DNA of 63,679 nucleotides, filler included, from Circinaria calcarea (Eukaryota): NCBI GenBank assembly GCA_051942165.1. It is 20 parts of 20 records of this genome, joined end to end, with 100 filler letters (N's around TTAATTAATTAA, not from the genome) between each part and the next. Parts side by side here need not be neighbours in the genome. Positions count along the whole stretch, not along the records: positions 25,600 to 28,693 come from JAVECS010003046.1; positions 28,794 to 31,886 come from JAVECS010003047.1; positions 31,987 to 35,077 come from JAVECS010003048.1; positions 35,178 to 38,268 come from JAVECS010003049.1; positions 38,369 to 41,457 come from JAVECS010003050.1; 15 more parts are not named here. One strand, 5' to 3'. Shown piece by piece: positions 26,702 to 39,821 of this stretch (position 1 is its first letter; each line of letters starts with the position of its first letter). The notes under the pieces were generated by a model. It saw only the letters and a program-made list of their open reading frames with translations, ran no database searches and was not told where the DNA came from. The position numbers and the translations under genes were made by a program.

Positions 26702-28899
26702 GCACCCTTGAAGGGATAATCATCAACCTTGTAGATAAGATAGGGAATCCTGCTGGCACCTCTATTCCTCACGCTGAAGAAAGCGTCCCACGATTCCATT
26801 CGATTGGATGGGGTTGATCATACCGTCTCTTAGAGACTCTGTAGGAACGATCGAAGATGAGAAGAATGAAAGAGCTTGTTATTTTGCGCTTATCTACTGT
26901 GGGTGCTTGAGATTGGATCAATACAGGTCGGGCGTCGTGGAACCGCTTCGCTTCCCTCAACTTAGTTTACTGCGGCTTTAACTGGCTGGGTACATGTTCT
27001 TTTCGTAGTTGCCGTCTTGAGGCAATCCAAGAAAACCGCTTCATCCAGCAGCGGACATGACGTACGTCCGCTTTCTAAAAAGAAAAAAGAAAGTATTGGT
27101 TTTGCCCCCGGGCAAGCCACCGACCCAACTCTGAAAGTTCAACGGCCGTTCTCAAGCCTAGACCCTTCTGGTATTAGCTTGGAGCAGCCATTGGCTCCCA
27201 GCCGACACCGGTGATACCTCCGGACAATGAAATCACGTTACGGAGCAAATCAACTTTTCCCTTTGCGCACACGGTCCAGTGGGGTTGCATTCCAAAAGAA
27301 AACCCAGAAACGACTTGCCCCATGGTGGGGGATGTTGGGGAGTTATGGCGGCTGGGCTGGATGAGCTCCTTTCTTCGATACTGTCTTCTGGCGAGATTCA
27401 GTGCCTGTCCATGTTTACGACCTCGAACTCGCCCCCGACTCGATCGAAGAGCATCCGAGACTCAGCGTTCAATACGACCCAAGTTCCGAGATACATCTTT
27501 GCGTCATAGCTTGCAACAGATCAGACGTGGGATCGGAATGCCCATGTGGGAATAGTGATCGGTTTTGTACTCCATCGGCGGCGGGAAGAGAAGTAAATTG
27601 CTTCTACATGGTAAGCTTAGTTGACGTTGATCGGCCATGAAGCAAATGTCGCCCTTCTCCCATCCGATCTCGGCTTCGGTTCTGTTCCCTACCAAGGTCT
27701 AGACCTCGTTGAAGGGGTTTCCTGTTGAATCGAGAATATGGGACGGTTCTTCCGCGTCTCTCCCATTACTATGCATGCATTTTATGTCATCTTAGGGGTG
27801 ATGACTACGCGCTCATACCATGCTGTCTCTGTATACTTGCAGCTGAAGATTCTCGCTGCCGATGTCTGATCTACAAACTGACAAGTACCGGACACAGCTC
27901 CTGTAGAGTAGCTAGCCAAGAACGAGAACGCCTGTCCATGCCCCTGCAGAAGCGGCTCGCGTGCCCCGGAGCATGCAATTGCAGAACGCAATTCTCCCAG
28001 GGCTTGAAAGCCAGTCAACAGGGATCCAGAGTGTATTTGCTTCTCTCCTGGATAAGGAATAGTGGACCAATCGCTCCGAGACGGCAGAGAGCCTGCAGTT
28101 GGCAGACGGCTGTTGCCAACGCATGTGTTTTTTGTTCTCGCAGTGGAAAGTTCAAGTCATCGAGCGATTGCAACGTCGTGTCGAGAGCCCAGATCAGCGG
28201 AATGGGGACTGACTGTCTGCGTGATGGGGAAGACTGGCGCGGTACATCCTCGTTCTCATTGTCTACATGCAGTCTACTTCGCAGCAGTAACGAGTTTCAG
28301 ATTGCGAAACAGCACGAACAATTAGTAAATCACTCATGGTTACTTTGGGCGTAGGCTGATCCGGACACATTCTTCGAGGGATGAGTTGTACGTAGGCAAA
28401 GTATTTGATCGAGGGGACGATCATTGTTGATGATCAGGGTCGTCGCCTATGGGCCGTCTGCGAGATAGAGGGACGGCGCAGAACGCCAAGACCACAAAAA
28501 CGTGCCCATCGTCAAAATGCCCGCCGAGGGATCGGCATCTTCCCGTCGCCGGCATCCCTGAGCGTCATCCCGGGCCATGGTGGGAGAAAGCCACGAGGGC
28601 CAAGCTGGCCCAGGGTGAAACGAAGGGCGAAATGCAGCGGTGCACAAATCGTCACGTACCTGCTTTGTTCCACCCCACCCCCCACCCCTTAGGNNNNNNN
28701 NNNNNNNNNNNNNNNNNNNNNNNNNNNNNNNNNNNNNTTAATTAATTAANNNNNNNNNNNNNNNNNNNNNNNNNNNNNNNNNNNNNNNNNNNNCTAGAAT
28801 AACATAAGGATTGAAGGTGTCTGGGACACGCGAATATAAGCAACCCGCCAAGGCTCGCTAACGCTAAACCACGCTAGACCTAATCCGTCACCTTATCAC

Positions 28900-29420
28900 C
28901 ACGGTGTTGCACTCGTATGTTATAGCCATAACAAATTGCATACTATTATTCCACCGAAGCGAAACCGTAGTATTCCGATTTATTCGGGTCGGAAGCGAAG
29001 CCGCCGGAATATCTATTTTGGCAGCGAACTTCATTATATATTTCCCAACGGCGATTGTGCACTCAATTTTCATTCGATATTCAATACTGAAACAGCGTTG
29101 GAATGCGCCGAATGAGCTCTTTAAAATGCATTTATTATAATTTCTTTATAGTGGTGGAGCATTGCAATGCGCCGTGCATTCGAATTGTATACTACTATTC
29201 CGAAACTCCGATTTAATCAGAATGGAAGCGACGCAGCCGGAATATCTGGAATAGCGCTATTTCACTGCATATTCCCCAACAGCCACTACGCACGCAATTC
29301 TCGTTCGATTTTCGAAATTCTTACGGCGTTGGAATGCGCTTGAAGAGCTCTATGGAATGCGTTAATTATATTCTTATTATAGTAGTTGCGCATTATAATG
29401 CGGGGTGCGTATAAAAGTGC
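28900..29420. repeat. Degenerate tandem duplication of ~235-250 bp in an AT-rich, CpG-retaining island
   Basis: Paired blocks AATTG(C/T)ATACTA, CCGATTTA, GCCGGAATATCT, GCGTTGGAATGCGC and GAGCTCT recur at ~231-249 bp spacing. Confidence 0.8.
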
Positions 29421-29799
29421 CTTTGGCATTGCGCCGAAATACGAGTTTTTACCTATATCCTCCAACAATGTACGATTTTCGCAGCTGAATATGATCACGA
29501 AAAATGAACGATTTTTTAATATTTTTACAGTATCCTTTTAAATTAACTGTCCTCTATTCAATGCATTAAAATATCGAAAAACGATCGAAAATTCAATTCC
29601 CATTGATTCGAATGCGAAGTATTCCAACTCGAATAAATAGAAAATCGCTAGCGCGTGCAAATAGTGGTAGCGCGAACCTTAAATTAAGGTGATATCCTTA
29701 AAGGATGCTGCGGTCAATAGTGATAGGGTTCGTAGAGGTTTTTTGGTAGAGTTTTTATAATAGCGAAGCAAAGCTGTTTGAATTTCTGAGATAATTATT

Positions 29800-30515
29800 A
29801 TGGACGAGGCAAGAGAAGTTGCTTTGGAAGCTGCCTTTGAGGAGTTTCGGCGACAAATAGCTAAGGACGAAGAAGAAAAGCATCAGAGACATACAGCAAA
29901 CGCGATCGCGATGGGATTCTCGTCCTTGGAAGAGCAAACACAGCATGAATGGGATGAAAGGTTACGAGTAGAAGATGAATATCGGCAGCGGCTGCCAGAA
30001 GAAGCGGCTGCGGCTGGCATGACTGTGGAAGAATATCGGCGTCATCTTTTCTCAAACAAGGATTTTATACCCCCGTCACCGGAGCTATCGTTCTCTCAGT
30101 GTGACTGTGAAGGTAAGTAATACTCTATTCGGATGAAATCAATCTAATTCCGGGTTATTTAGAACATCCCAATCCATGGTTTTGCCCCGACGTCCTCCTC
30201 GATTTCCGCTCTCAAGATCGACCAGATTTCTGGGACTTTGAAGAGCTAAATCGTACACGAATCGAAACGCTCAGGATCAAGCCAGAGGACAAGTCCAAAC
30301 GACTAGATTCTAAAACGTTAGAAACAGCATGGGATACAATGGGCCCGACAATATTGCCATTGCCTATATGGGCGAGGGCGAAGCCGGATATTCTCACTAT
30401 GCCTCGCGCAGATAGTATAGGGTCCTCGAATAACCTCATACAAAACACTCCAAGCTTAGCGTCTACATCACTTAGTGATCAAGAAAACCTTGGTAAGCAT
30501 CTCGAAGCTCCTTGA
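29800..30515 (+). CDS. Hypothetical protein, charged helical N-terminus, at least 2 exons
   Basis: MDEAREVALEAAFEEFRRQIAK..QCDCE|EHPNPWFCPD..; intron GTAAGT..CTAAT..TAG keeps ~115 more open codons; 3' end uncertain. Confidence 0.55.
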
Positions 30516-31589
30516 ACCTGTGATATACAGCGCCAAGTTCTCTCCACTTTTATCTGGGGTCTATTCCGCTGGCTACCTTCCACTGCATTTCCGAGGTTTT
30601 TCGATGTGAACATGGAGCTCAAGCTTGGATTTACGGTCTATGACTTCGTCACTAGTAGCAGAGTTATGCTGCTTCCGTAGTTGGAGGATCTCTCGTTCTG
30701 AGACGGTGTGGAGGCTGGCATATTGACAACAACGGCGATTCGAAAATTGCCTTTGGCTAATCCTATTTCGAGATGCTAGACTATCAAAAAAGTCTATCCA
30801 CCTTAGATTAGAGTTGTATCGAGTGAGTGTAATAAGTGCGCAGACCTTTAGCTCTCAATCGACATATGCCAAGGGACTGAAACGAAGGTACGACGATGTT
30901 TGCAAAAGGCAGAAGGTTGTTCTTGCCTTTCTCCAAAGAAAAAGGCTCGCCCAGAAGGTACCATTCGCCGGATCATATAAGACTTCCAACTTCTTCCTCC
31001 CAATCATGTGCTTTCACCAACTGTCAGTATTTACCACGATCCAAAATCAAGCATAAGATACTAAAGATATTAATAGACCTCCGAGCGGTTATCTCCAATA
31101 ATACAATCCCTGCACTCCTTCTCGCTTAGCCCCGCCTTAATTGCCGACATGAACGGGAGTACGAATACAAATCCTCCCCAGTTTCTCGACCAATTGTTCC
31201 AGCAGCAGCAGCCACGCTATCTACGAGGGAGACAGGCACACGAAAACCACTCGCTAGTACCAGCATCTGATCACAAATCTCAATCGGTAGACTCGCACAA
31301 TCCAAAGGAATTGCTACTGACCCAGAGCGTATTTACCCCAGCCAATGTGGGCTCAGAGGCAAATCACCCATTTCCGTTCAATCCCCTTGCTAAAGCTTAC
31401 GTCGAGCCACCTTTCCCATATGTTCAAGCGGACCACGAAGAAATAATCGCCACATACGGAGCCGGTCTCAGCAACAAATCGGAAGCTTCTGGAAAGGGGA
31501 GGAAGATCAAACACGCACGAAGAAAGACATCCCGTGTACCTACAACCTTCCCAGGTGCGTTACTTGTGGCGACATCATCGTTCGGCGTA

Positions 31590-31886
<297 letters not shown>

Positions 31887-31986
31887 NNNNNNNNNNNNNN
31901 NNNNNNNNNNNNNNNNNNNNNNNNNNNNNNTTAATTAATTAANNNNNNNNNNNNNNNNNNNNNNNNNNNNNNNNNNNNNNNNNNNN

Positions 31987-32117
31987 TCGGTCCGTGGGAG
32001 AGGTTCGCCATCAGGGCCGGTGCGATCATCGTGGCTGATGTCATTGTGAATGGTTACTCTGCCTAGCGCATCGCTGAGGTTGGACATTTCGCCTCCTTCA
32101 TTTCGAATGTCGGTCAT
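31987..32117 (-). CDS. N-terminus of an unidentified protein, truncated
   Basis: ATG followed by 43 open codons to the contig end. Confidence 0.35.
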
Positions 32118-33530
32118 GACGAGACTGACTGTTGGAAAGTCTCGATGGCTTCAGCTCTGTACAACGGCTTGGTCTTCACGGTGAACGAGACAGAGACGTT
32201 CCTGGCAAGCAGTCGAAACAATCGGTCCGCACCTAGTTCTGCATGCAATTTCAATCTTCTGTGCCAGCTGTTAGGAGCTAACTACAACTTGCTCGGACAC
32301 GGGTGATGCTGGAAGACATGCCTTCTTTACTAGACTCAGCTGCCCGAGGCCAAGGGTAGAAGAGATCTGGTAGAGTCTAGGGAGTGAGGTGGGCGGACGT
32401 TGTGAAACTCTAGTTTGAGTTTGGGGGAAAATTCGGTTGATGGGCGTGAAAGTCGCTTTCCGGATCGGCGCCCCGCTTTCTTTCAACATTTTAAGCTTCT
32501 TTCAGCAGTTGTTTGCGCCAGGGACGGTTTAATATGTCTCCGCGACACATGGCGGAGAGGGTGGGCTTTCTTTTGTCCGGACACCGCGCATCGTACGCTA
32601 ACCAAATAACAAATGGTCTGGATTGTAATACAGAATACATACTAGTCCTGTGGGAGGACAAGGCAAAAACAGAGCTCGACAAAATCCTTCCCTGATATGA
32701 CTAGTTGTTGAAGCAATATGGCAGGGGCTGGAATGGATAGATTTAAATAGGCTTGAGACAGACATTTGGGGTATAGGAGTACCCCTGAGTCATTAGACAG
32801 CAATAAAGTCTCTCGGATTATAACATCAATGGCTCGAAGAGAGATAAAACCAACAACATCATCTGATGAATGATGTCCTTCCCAGGTCATATTGTTGTTT
32901 TCGGCAGCGATTTCCCCTCATCTCCCTTGCTTCCAATGTCCCTTATCAGGAGGTGTTTAGGAGAGCTCGGTCCTTACAATGTGCATATGCTCTCACCGCA
33001 GTATTTCCTGATCTTGCAAAGTTTATTTTCATATGGCCCTGCTGATCGGTAGCTTTTCGTGGTCAGTCAGTCACGCTTTATAGTCGAATCAAGGCGACGT
33101 CGTAGGAAACAGCGCGCCATCCGCGACCGTACAACGAGTTGCCAAGGCTGCTTTGATTACACGTTCGCACGCTCTTCTTCTCTTCTCTCTTGAGGCTATT
33201 GTACTCGGAGGTGCTCCATTGAATATCTCCCCATCACGAACGTCTGAACTATCCGCGCTAAGACTACGTCTTGATCCACGGACACGCGTAGATGGAAAAC
33301 GGGTGCATCCGGTGATAAGGACTGTTTCAGACACAGTCAGTCAGAACAGCTACTTGCATAATAGAACTACTAGGAAGGACCCACAGCCAAGATAGTGGTC
33401 GTAGTTGGACGGATTGACCACAGCCTCCGATGCGGGAAGCCCTGTGCAAGCATTGATCTCATAAACCTCTGCCGTCAAGGCATACCTCCCCCGTATACAA
33501 ATGAACAGGATCATGCATCAACCGGCTGAG

Positions 33531-34028
33531 TTAATTCTCAACCAGCAGGATTCTCGAAAACCGTGTGCCCCCTGAGATGAGAGACGGGCAGTCATGCTCG
33601 ACTGGAAGTAATGGTAGACGGAAGAGGTTAGGGCATAGGTAAACCCAACTAATATCCTGGCTCATCATAGCCGGGTTCGAATTCGAGGGTTGGTGCAGGC
33701 TGTGTAAGGAGGCAGGGGAATCTTTCCCGGAACAGTGATCATCCGGCCCAGGAGCAATCTGCGTGAGAATACGTTTCACTTCGCTACGGTCAACTCCTGT
33801 CCAAGAAGGTATTATAGGCACGGAGTTTCGTGTCCTTCCGAGCTCTCGAGCGACTCGAAGGGCTGCCTGCGCATAGGTGTAAATTTTTTCTCTGAGAAGT
33901 TTCTTAGCTCTGCCGGCTTGCTCGCCGCACCAACAGATCGAGTATCCTTCACTTCGGACAAGATCGTCAGGGTCTTCGACGGAATTGGTGGGATTGATTT
34001 GGTGGAAGAGCCTTGTGTACCTACACCC
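33531..34028 (-). CDS. Possible internal exon of a hypothetical protein or gene remnant
   Basis: After a CTGAC..TAG acceptor, ~165 open codons (RYTRLFHQINP..ICWCGEQ..REKIYTYAQAALRVAREL..); no family recognised. Confidence 0.3.
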   Translation of the reverse strand, partial: GCRYTRLFHQINPTNSVEDPDDLVRSEGYSICWCGEQAGRAKKLLREKIYTYAQAALRVARELGRTRNSVPIIPSWTGVDRSEVKRILTQIAPGPDDHCSGKDSPASLHSLHQPSNSNPAMMSQDISWVYLCPNLFRLPLLPVEHDCPSLISGGTRFSRILLVEN

Positions 34029-34745
34029 TAGTGATTGTCAGCTGGTTATCAAGGAAAAACGCGATGGGTGAATGGGATACCAAACGTATCAGGATACTTT
34101 CTTTACAGAAGCTCGGTGCACAAAGTTTTGGTGATGGTATAGATGCGTGTATGAAGTACGCCGGATCAAGGTAACATAACATGAGCAACGCGCGAGTACC
34201 GGACCTCTTTGCCTGTCGCGAATAACTGACACAAGAGATGCCTATCAGGATAATAGCAACTTCCATATGGAACTTTGGGAGAGATGTGTAGAAGAGGAGG
34301 TGTGATCTTCAATCTAAAAAGTACATATGAGCCTTCAAAGAGTGTATACTTAGCTTACGATGGATATGTTACATGATTTGCATGTGAGCTCAACTGCGGA
34401 ACAGATGAAATCAATTAGTATGACAGTTGGCCACCCAAAGTGAGCGGAAGCCAATATGACCGTTTTAAATAATGTGAAGCTGAGCTGTTCACGCCCTGCT
34501 AGCAAAGACACTCCATAGGAAGTGTCCACACCGTGTCATCAATTTGCAGTCTCGAGCTTAGTTATGTAACAACATCCAACTTTCATATGCTCGCCACCTC
34601 GGCATATGCTAATAAGAGAACGATACTAACAAAGGCCGAAGGCAGAGTCTTGCAACCTTGTTATGGGTACATAGATTGCGTATATTGAAACATACAGGAC
34701 TATGGTCAAAGGAGCACACAGAAGTGCCCACAGATAATGTAGCTT

Positions 34746-35077
34746 TTAGGCTGCCCACCTGGCTTTGTGGTATATCTCAGGCGCCATGTATGAAGTAATA
34801 GCTATGGATCCGTTTTTAATTGAGCAGCCAATATATGTTTGGAGTCCACGGCCGCTCTCCAGAGTGCGATGAGGGCTCAGTCCTTTGAGCATTTGGAGGT
34901 AATTATCCACATAACGGCCTCGCCCTTGCCTATTCGCAAAGGTTCCCAAGGCTTGGGCGATTTCAAGGTCGTTCCGGCCGTAATGCTTGACCGGTATATA
35001 TACTTTCGACTCCGGCATCTCATTTCCCGGCTTGATGTCAAAGTTGTAGAGTATACCCGAAGTCTCATGGTCGCTAG
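34746..35077 (-). CDS. DMATS-type aromatic (ABBA) prenyltransferase, C-terminal fragment
   Basis: HETSGILYNFDIKPG..PESKVYIPVKHYGRNDLEIAQAL..GLQTYIGC..ITSYMAPEIYH. Confidence 0.9.
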
Positions 35078-35710
35078 NNNNNNNNNNNNNNNNNNNNNNN
35101 NNNNNNNNNNNNNNNNNNNNNTTAATTAATTAANNNNNNNNNNNNNNNNNNNNNNNNNNNNNNNNNNNNNNNNNNNNGAAGACTGGGTGGGCTTCCACAA
35201 ACTCTTTTGCGCATCCCTGGACGCCATGGGGATTCTATATGTGGTCCTCCCTTACAACATGACCGCGTCTACCGAGCGAGTAGACTTTGTGCTTGGAATA
35301 TGGGAGGCAGGACAGAAACCATAAAGAGAGGGAGGCACCACGCCTAAAAATTAGCTGGAGTCTGGTTGTCAGCGCCGAATCCGCGTGGATGCATGGATGG
35401 GTTAGAGGAGTCTGCAGTTTCAAGCTGAACAATAGCCTGCCAATCTATCAGACTTTTATATATACTCAATGGGTCACTCACTTGTGACGTTGATGGTACT
35501 TTAAGCTTCGTAGGGAGTGTCTCCTTGAAACCTGACATAGAATAAAGCGAACCTTAAGACACCTCGGACATAAGGTTAATTATTAAAGCCGACGAAGAGA
35601 GCTTCCTCCAACGTCATGTAACTGATCCCTATAGCTACGCCGCCAGCCATCCCATCATCTAGGCTTCACAGCATCAGCAGCTTATCCTCTTTTGAGAGAT
35701 GTCTAGGCCG

Positions 35711-36541
35711 ATGGATGCTGATGTCCTAATCCTTGGTGCCGGATGGACTTCGACTTTCCTGATTCCTCTTTTGAATTCCTGTTCCATCTCCTTCGCGGCA
35801 ACTACGACCACTGGCCACGACAAGACCATATCCTTCAAGTTCTTTCCTGAATCAGACGACATAGAACCTTACAAAAACCTTCCTTCAGCAAGGACGGTAC
35901 TCATCACGTTCCCACTCAAAGGCCATGGACAGTCCAAGCATCTTTTAAGCCTCTATAGAGCAGTTCACGGCGATCAAAACAATTGGATTCAGCTTGGAAG
36001 TACAGGTATATTTAGCGAACCTGGATGGAACAATCATAAATCAACTTACAAGACCGATGACCCACGGGCAATTGCAGAAGATGAATTGCTCGTATTAGGA
36101 GGCTCCGTGCTGAATCTTGCAGGTCTTTATGGTGGGATTAGGCAACCGAAGAACTGGATTACGAGAGTTGCAAAAAGTAAAGAGCAAGTCAAAGCAAAGT
36201 TATCACTACATATGATTCATGGGGACGACGTCGCAAGGGCGATTGTAGCGGTACACGAGGACTTTACAAAAGGAGAGAGGTGGCTCCTGACGGACCTACG
36301 GGTATATGACTGGTGGGATCTCATTCAAGATTGGGGAGCTGAGGCGCAAGAGAAGGCGAAGACAACGATGGGAGTCGAAGAGGCGGCGAAGCTCGAGTAT
36401 ACGAAGTGGGTTGGTGAGCTTCTGATGGAAGAGGATGTAAAGGCCCTTCCACGAAGCCCCGAAAGCCTTGGTCGAGTGTTAGACTCCAGGGCCTTCTGGG
36501 ACAAGATGGCTATTTGGCCGAGTCGAGGGAGGGTAAAGTAA
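35711..36541 (+). CDS. NAD(P)-binding Rossmann-fold (atypical SDR/epimerase-like) protein
   Basis: VLILGAGWTSTFL, WIQLGSTGI, LNLAGLYGG, LHMIHGDDVARAI; single exon. Confidence 0.85.
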   Translation: MDADVLILGAGWTSTFLIPLLNSCSISFAATTTTGHDKTISFKFFPESDDIEPYKNLPSARTVLITFPLKGHGQSKHLLSLYRAVHGDQNNWIQLGSTGIFSEPGWNNHKSTYKTDDPRAIAEDELLVLGGSVLNLAGLYGGIRQPKNWITRVAKSKEQVKAKLSLHMIHGDDVARAIVAVHEDFTKGERWLLTDLRVYDWWDLIQDWGAEAQEKAKTTMGVEEAAKLEYTKWVGELLMEEDVKALPRSPESLGRVLDSRAFWDKMAIWPSRGRVK

Positions 36542-36884
36542 CTGCCGGAAGTGTCAAAGGTGATTCACACGAGGTATCTTAGACCATTGCTACAACGTAT
36601 TAGCGGCAAGATGGCCCATGTGAGTTTCCTGTTGTATGACAGCTCTGTACAAATATGCTTCCAGAGTAAGTCCAGCTCTTTGCAGACACTAGACCGATAG
36701 CAAAATCTTGTTTTTTACCTACTTATTTTGTCAGTCTTCATCCCAGAATACCGGCATTTCAGTGATCGATCTGACATGAATTATAGTAGTATCTTATCTG
36801 AGCTTCCATCAACCACAATGGATTTAGCCGGTACTGTTACATACATAATGCCATGGTCCTAGTACCACTTGGTAACAGGAAGAA

Positions 36885-37310
36885 GGTTTTATGAGACTAG
36901 AAAGTTTGCAGATGTACGAATCTTATGCGGTGGCAAGAACTTCTCAGCACACGAGCTTATGTTATGTTCGCATCCAAGGTTCTTTACTCTACTTGTACGG
37001 ATTACTTCAAAATGAGTGGGTAACAGCCAATCTAATGTTTAAATAAGATTCCATGGAAGCTTACTTTGGGTCAGGAAAGCACTTCTAACAAATCCACCTC
37101 GCTGATGACAACATTTGTGTCGTCGAGGAAATGTTGAATTTCATGTGTTGTGGCGACTATCCGGACTCAGACTCAAAGGAGGCTGATGTTCAATAATTAC
37201 AAACGACAGTTCTGATCACATACACTCAACTCTGTTCTCTGGTGGATAAATACGAAGTTGGAGCGATCTCAAAGCTAGCGAAGATGAAATTCTAGAAGGC
37301 ATCATAGCAA
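36885..37310 (+). pseudogene. BTB/POZ-domain gene remnant
   Basis: RFYETRKFADVRILCGGKNFSAHELMLCSHPRFF / ESTSN / IHLADDNICVVEEMLNFMCCGDY / LVDKYEVGAISKLAKMKF*, with frameshifts, stops and a donor mutated to ATGAGT. Confidence 0.75.
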
Positions 37311-38368
37311 GACCATCAGAACCTAGTTCTTCCTCGAGTCAATACCAATCATTCACGCCTCAATGGTAAAAAGCCATCTTGGAATACAATCGGTAGTTGT
37401 TGCCTACGCGAGAAAATCTGCTCAACAGATTGGGATACGCCGGAAACGGCGGCGCCCGTTGAAGAAATTACTCTTGCATTGCCAGAGTGTACTGTGCATC
37501 TGCTTCAAGGTCGTTTTTTATGTATGCTGTTCCTGCGGACGGCATCGGGACAAAAGGTGGGTGAGGTCTTTATGCTGCCTCGCTATATTGCTGGATGAAG
37601 AGGATAGGGATTAATGTGAATGATTTTTCATCATGGTACTGGAGGTTGTGGATGGTGTTCTATGATCTAGTGATTTGTACTCATGTATCATGCAAAGATG
37701 AATCACACTGTTTATTAGATCGTTCGTGGATTAAATAGCGCGGCACTGCATTTTTTGAATCAAATATGCAGATTGGCTCAAGATGCTTGTAGCTCTCTCA
37801 TACTGATCAATGGCGCATCTCAACTAGTGTGGCCTATGCTCTGGAGTTACAACTGGAAGTACTCTGAATAATAGTGGGATTTTCCTTCCTTTCCTGAAAA
37901 TGCATATGATTGTCCTGAAGTTCGGGTTGATATTGATAATACAGTACGGCGAATTATTGCCACATATCCCGAAGATACCGCTCTCTACTCCCATGCACCC
38001 CTTTAACTAATAAGCACCCCTCCCTCACCCCTTTACTCCTCACCCCTTTACTCCTCACCCTTAAATGACACTTCTACGATAGAGTACCCATCCAGTGCTC
38101 GCCAGCAGTGTTTCCAGAGCCACTTTACAGCCTCGTTCGATATTTCAGTGTATTATGACGAAGCAGATTTCTTTCCGTAACGGTAATATTGCTCCAGCAC
38201 TTAGACGCTGTGTAATGCAGTAAGCCAACTTATTTAATTTGCTACTAGCTATGTGAAAATATCTGCTANNNNNNNNNNNNNNNNNNNNNNNNNNNNNNNN
38301 NNNNNNNNNNNNTTAATTAATTAANNNNNNNNNNNNNNNNNNNNNNNNNNNNNNNNNNNNNNNNNNNN

Positions 38369-39319
38369 TCTAACCTCGCAGATTCTCACCACAACGTGGC
38401 AGTAGTCTCGGTATGCCTTATTCTCGACTTTCGCTTGGACCCAGATATGCGTCCCTGGAATACCTTTCTCCATCCTGCGTTCTCCCTTACCGTGATCGTT
38501 AAGCTCTGCAATGGCAGCGCATGTCGAATGGTTAGCAGTAATATATGTTGTATTCTTGCCGTTGGCTGGACATGCTCCTGCAACAATTATACGTGCTCCT
38601 TCAAAAGTTGGGCCACCACTGGCTGAAATCTCCACCGCTGCTGCGGCACCAGTCTGGCCATCCGAGGGTGCTGTAAACATGCCTACGCTGACCAGGGAGG
38701 CATCCGCACAATCTTGGAATCGCTCTAATCGGTCGAATATCGCTACAATATCGCGCTTCGTCACGTCCAAGCCCTTGTATGAGAACCCGGTCCTCACGAA
38801 CGTGTATCGGCTTTCGTTGATGAAGGTCATGATCACCATCTGGGCTGGCCCGTTTCGAATCGCATCAATTCTTTCATCGAGACATTCAAGCCCTCGCTTC
38901 ACGACAGTCGGCATATATTGATCTATAAACCAGTGGAGCAGCGTGGCCGATACTTCTTTATCTGGCAACTTCTTTTCCAAGCCAAACACGGTACGTCCGG
39001 TTTGAGGTGGCTGTAACATGTCATATGAGATGGGCAGGAGGGGTTTCTGATTGTGTCGCTCGACTAGGTTTTGAAATACTTGCTGATTAGCCAGCAATCG
39101 ATTGAACACGGACATATCCGCTCCAGCAATCTTGGCGAAAAACACGAGTTTAATAATCTCCCATGTAGGCGAGGGAAAGACTTGGCCCCATTTTCCTTCG
39201 AGGTAATTGAAAAATGATTGCCGTTCAGGTTTATCGACTAAGCTGATGTTTTCGAGGATGTACCTGAGAGTGAGAGTACTGGGCAAATCCGCCTCGAGAG
39301 TGATGAAGGCGAAGGACAT
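38369..39319 (-). CDS. Two-domain hypothetical protein; helical N-terminus plus possible aegerolysin/actinoporin-like beta-sandwich; 3' truncated
   Basis: >315 open codons; C-terminal VIMTFINESRYTF..GMF..TGAAAAVEI..IIVAGACPANGKN pattern. Confidence 0.65.
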
Positions 39320-39821
39320 TGAGGTAGGTGGATTGTTTGAGATTTGATCCTCTGGGTAAACTCGCAACTCGAAGAGATGTGGACAGGAGATAACAGAATG
39401 TCTATCATATCTTGACCTGTTGGATGAGAAGCTTATACCCACCGCTTTGTGAGTAACTATCTGCCATTGTCACCGAAAGCAGCACGTTCGTCTGAGTTGG
39501 TCAGAAACAAAGAGAACCGCCACCAACTTGGAGCCGTTTGCAGTAGAATCGTCAAGGCATGCTGTCTTCTGCATTAAGCGAGGAAAAACCGACTTGTTAA
39601 ATGTATCGCTGGTTTGCATCCTCCATAGTGTTGATCCTTGACCGAGATTCTTTATCCTCGAGTAGAATCGACATAAGATTGAATAACACAATCATGTTTT
39701 GGCCAGGCCAACTTTTCCCTTCTCTCGCTAATTGGAACATTCCAGACAATCATGGCAACTCCATCAACTACCTCGACTCGTCCATACAACGGAAAGTATA
39801 TGATAGAGGAGCTGAGAGATA

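Noticed and set aside
25833..28693. Many overlapping 60-209 aa ORFs
   Set aside because: No recognisable domains; Cys/Arg/Ser-rich random composition; likely intergenic or UTR
33660..33700. GGTTCGAAT T-loop-like motif (similar at ~45332, ~51162)
   Set aside because: No cloverleaf arms; no tRNA, rRNA, snRNA or TPP riboswitch could be supported by eye
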